From Dictyostelium discoideum (taxonomy: Eukaryota): a stretch of 64,000 bases of DNA. The stretch covers positions 4,256,001-4,320,000 of the forward strand of contig CM000152.2 of NCBI GenBank assembly GCA_000004695.1. Reading direction: 5' to 3'. Shown in pieces: positions 62,553-64,000 of the stretch (position 1 is the first letter of the stretch; every line of letters starts with the position of its first letter). A program made the position numbers and the translations under genes. The notes beneath the pieces were generated by a model. It made no database searches and was not told the DNA's origin. It saw only the letters and a program-made list of their open reading frames with translations.

Positions 62553-64000
62553 TTATGGAGTAATTTTTGAGATTAAATTTTGTTGGAATATCATTTGTTT
62601 ATCAAATTCTGCAGATGAAAAAATATAATGGTTAAAATTAACCAAATCATTGATTGGTAATTTCTTATATTCTTTAAATTTTTGAAGGAATTCTAATGAA
62701 TTAATTTTTTTATTTTTTTCAGAGTTGATTATTGATAGTCTTAAGAGTGCATCTGGTACTCTGAATCCATCTAGTGGAGCATTACTTAAATATTTTAAAT
62801 AAAATGATTCTGATGAATATTTTGTTTCAATATTTGTTTCTAAATGATTTAAACAATCCAATGCAAATGCTTTATAGAAATAGAAATATTCATTAACTAC
62901 ACCAACACCAGCACCAGCACCACTATCTTCAATACATAAATCTAATGTTTCTAAACCTAATTTAAAATCACCCATCAATAAATGAATCATACTTTTTAAA
63001 AAATTTAAATCATATGTCAAGGTTGAATTTGAGGTTGAATTTAAATCTAGTTTACTTAAATCAATGTTGTCCTCTAATTCAGTAATAATTTTACATTCAT
63101 TCTTTAAAGAGTTGATTAATTCCAAACATTTTTTATATTTTGTTGGTTTTAATAAATGTAAGCCAATAAAACAAACTATTAAATGTTTATTATTTGGACG
63201 GACTTTTAATAATTGATTAATTAATTCAATAGTTTGTCCATGAAGTAAACCTGGTAAACAAACAAAATTTAATTCCGTTTGATAGGCCATTGATAAATTT
63301 GAAACCAATTTTAATTTTTCATTTATTGTTATTGATTGATTTGAAGTAACTGATTTGAAACCATCAATAAATTTATTAGTGTAATCTAATGTTTTTAAAA
63401 TTCTTTCCAATTGTTTTGTTTTTAATTGATTTCGAGAAGAAGTAGAAGAAGAAGGAAATGAAAATGATAATGGTGAAAAAGAAGAGGCAGAAGTAGAAGA
63501 AGAGGCAGAAGAAGAAGATGATGATTGTTCTTTAAATTTAACTATTTCTTCTAGTATTATTGCATACTTTTTATTTAAATTTAATTGTTCAATTGATTGA
63601 AATTCATTAAATAACCATCTAGAAAATTTTAAAAGATGATCCTTTAAACTAACTGAATTTGCATGTTCTTTGGATGTTGTAAGTTGAGAGTACTTTTCAA
63701 TACAATTTTCATCACCTAAATCTGCACCTTTTTTAATGTATTCTAAACCAAGATCTTTATTAGTTTTTCCAGGACCTAATATTCCTTGATACAATAGAGA
63801 ACCATAATTATTACATGCATTTAAATGATTAAAATCAGCAGCTATTTTATAGAAAAATAAAGTTTTCTCAAAATCAATTTGAACACCATATATACCACGT
63901 TGAAACATTATACCGACATGATAAGCAGATTCTGGTACCATCATATTCTTTTGATAATAAGTTAACTTTATTGGATCTTTAATGTTTTGAAGATTTGGAA
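62553..64000 (-). CDS. Sel1-like repeat (SLR/TPR-like) protein, 5' partial because it continues past the window end
   Basis: YGSLLYQGILGPGKTNKDLGLEYIKKGADLGDENCIEKY and AYHVGIMFQRGIYGVQIDFEKTLFFYKIAADFNHLNACNNYG are Sel1-type repeats. The frame stays open upstream of the track's first M through position 64000. A Ser-rich linker is present. Confidence 0.7.
   Translation of the reverse strand, partial: PNLQNIKDPIKLTYYQKNMMVPESAYHVGIMFQRGIYGVQIDFEKTLFFYKIAADFNHLNACNNYGSLLYQGILGPGKTNKDLGLEYIKKGADLGDENCIEKYSQLTTSKEHANSVSLKDHLLKFSRWLFNEFQSIEQLNLNKKYAIILEEIVKFKEQSSSSSSASSSTSASSFSPLSFSFPSSSTSSRNQLKTKQLERILKTLDYTNKFIDGFKSVTSNQSITINEKLKLVSNLSMAYQTELNFVCLPGLLHGQTIELINQLLKVRPNNKHLIVCFIGLHLLKPTKYKKCLELINSLKNECKIITELEDNIDLSKLDLNSTSNSTLTYDLNFLKSMIHLLMGDFKLGLETLDLCIEDSGAGAGVGVVNEYFYFYKAFALDCLNHLETNIETKYSSESFYLKYLSNAPLDGFRVPDALLRLSIINSEKNKKINSLEFLQKFKEYKKLPINDLVNFNHYIFSSAEFDKQMIFQQNLISKITP

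Overview
The window looks like nuclear genomic DNA from a Dictyostelium-type social amoeba. It is about 75-80% A+T, with homopolymer intergenic runs, short AT-rich introns bounded by GTAAGT/GTATGT and (A/T)nAG, and many (AAT)n/(CAA)n codon repeats encoding poly-N and poly-Q. It is gene-dense: about 24 protein-coding genes on both strands, most with 1-3 small introns. I recognise these by motif:
- NECAP-like adaptor (3' partial at window start)
- CID/RPR-like + F-box + ankyrin protein
- inositol monophosphatase
- COQ2 4-hydroxybenzoate polyprenyltransferase
- Alba-like protein
- FNIP-repeat protein
- giant poly-N protein with a B-box zinc finger
- multi-pass transmembrane protein fused to a Ser/Thr kinase domain
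- 1.5-kaa low-complexity/ARM-like ORF immediately upstream of a neurobeachin/LvsA-class BEACH-WD40 gene
- divergent Ras-family GTPase
- Sec24
- METTL9/DREV-family methyltransferase
- GPATCH1-like protein carrying an apparent 1-nt frameshift
- TPR-like + PH-domain protein
- Sel1-repeat protein (5' partial at window end)
RNA genes: tRNA-Lys(CUU), two duplicated tRNA-Lys(UUU), and an intron-containing tRNA-Ala(UGC) whose G3:U70 identity pair is intact. Several of these carry the Dictyostelium external B-box (exB) 30-35 bp downstream. The 10.8-14.3 kb interval is a tRNA-targeted retroelement nest. It holds a 5'-truncated TRE5-like ORF2 C-terminal fragment with an oligo(A) tail, head-to-head upstream of a tRNA, and TRE-like fragments downstream of the tRNAs. 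There are no prokaryotic features such as CRISPR arrays or operons. Many antisense 'ORFs' in the track are artefacts of triplet repeats. Coordinates of splice junctions are hand-derived and may be off by a few nt.
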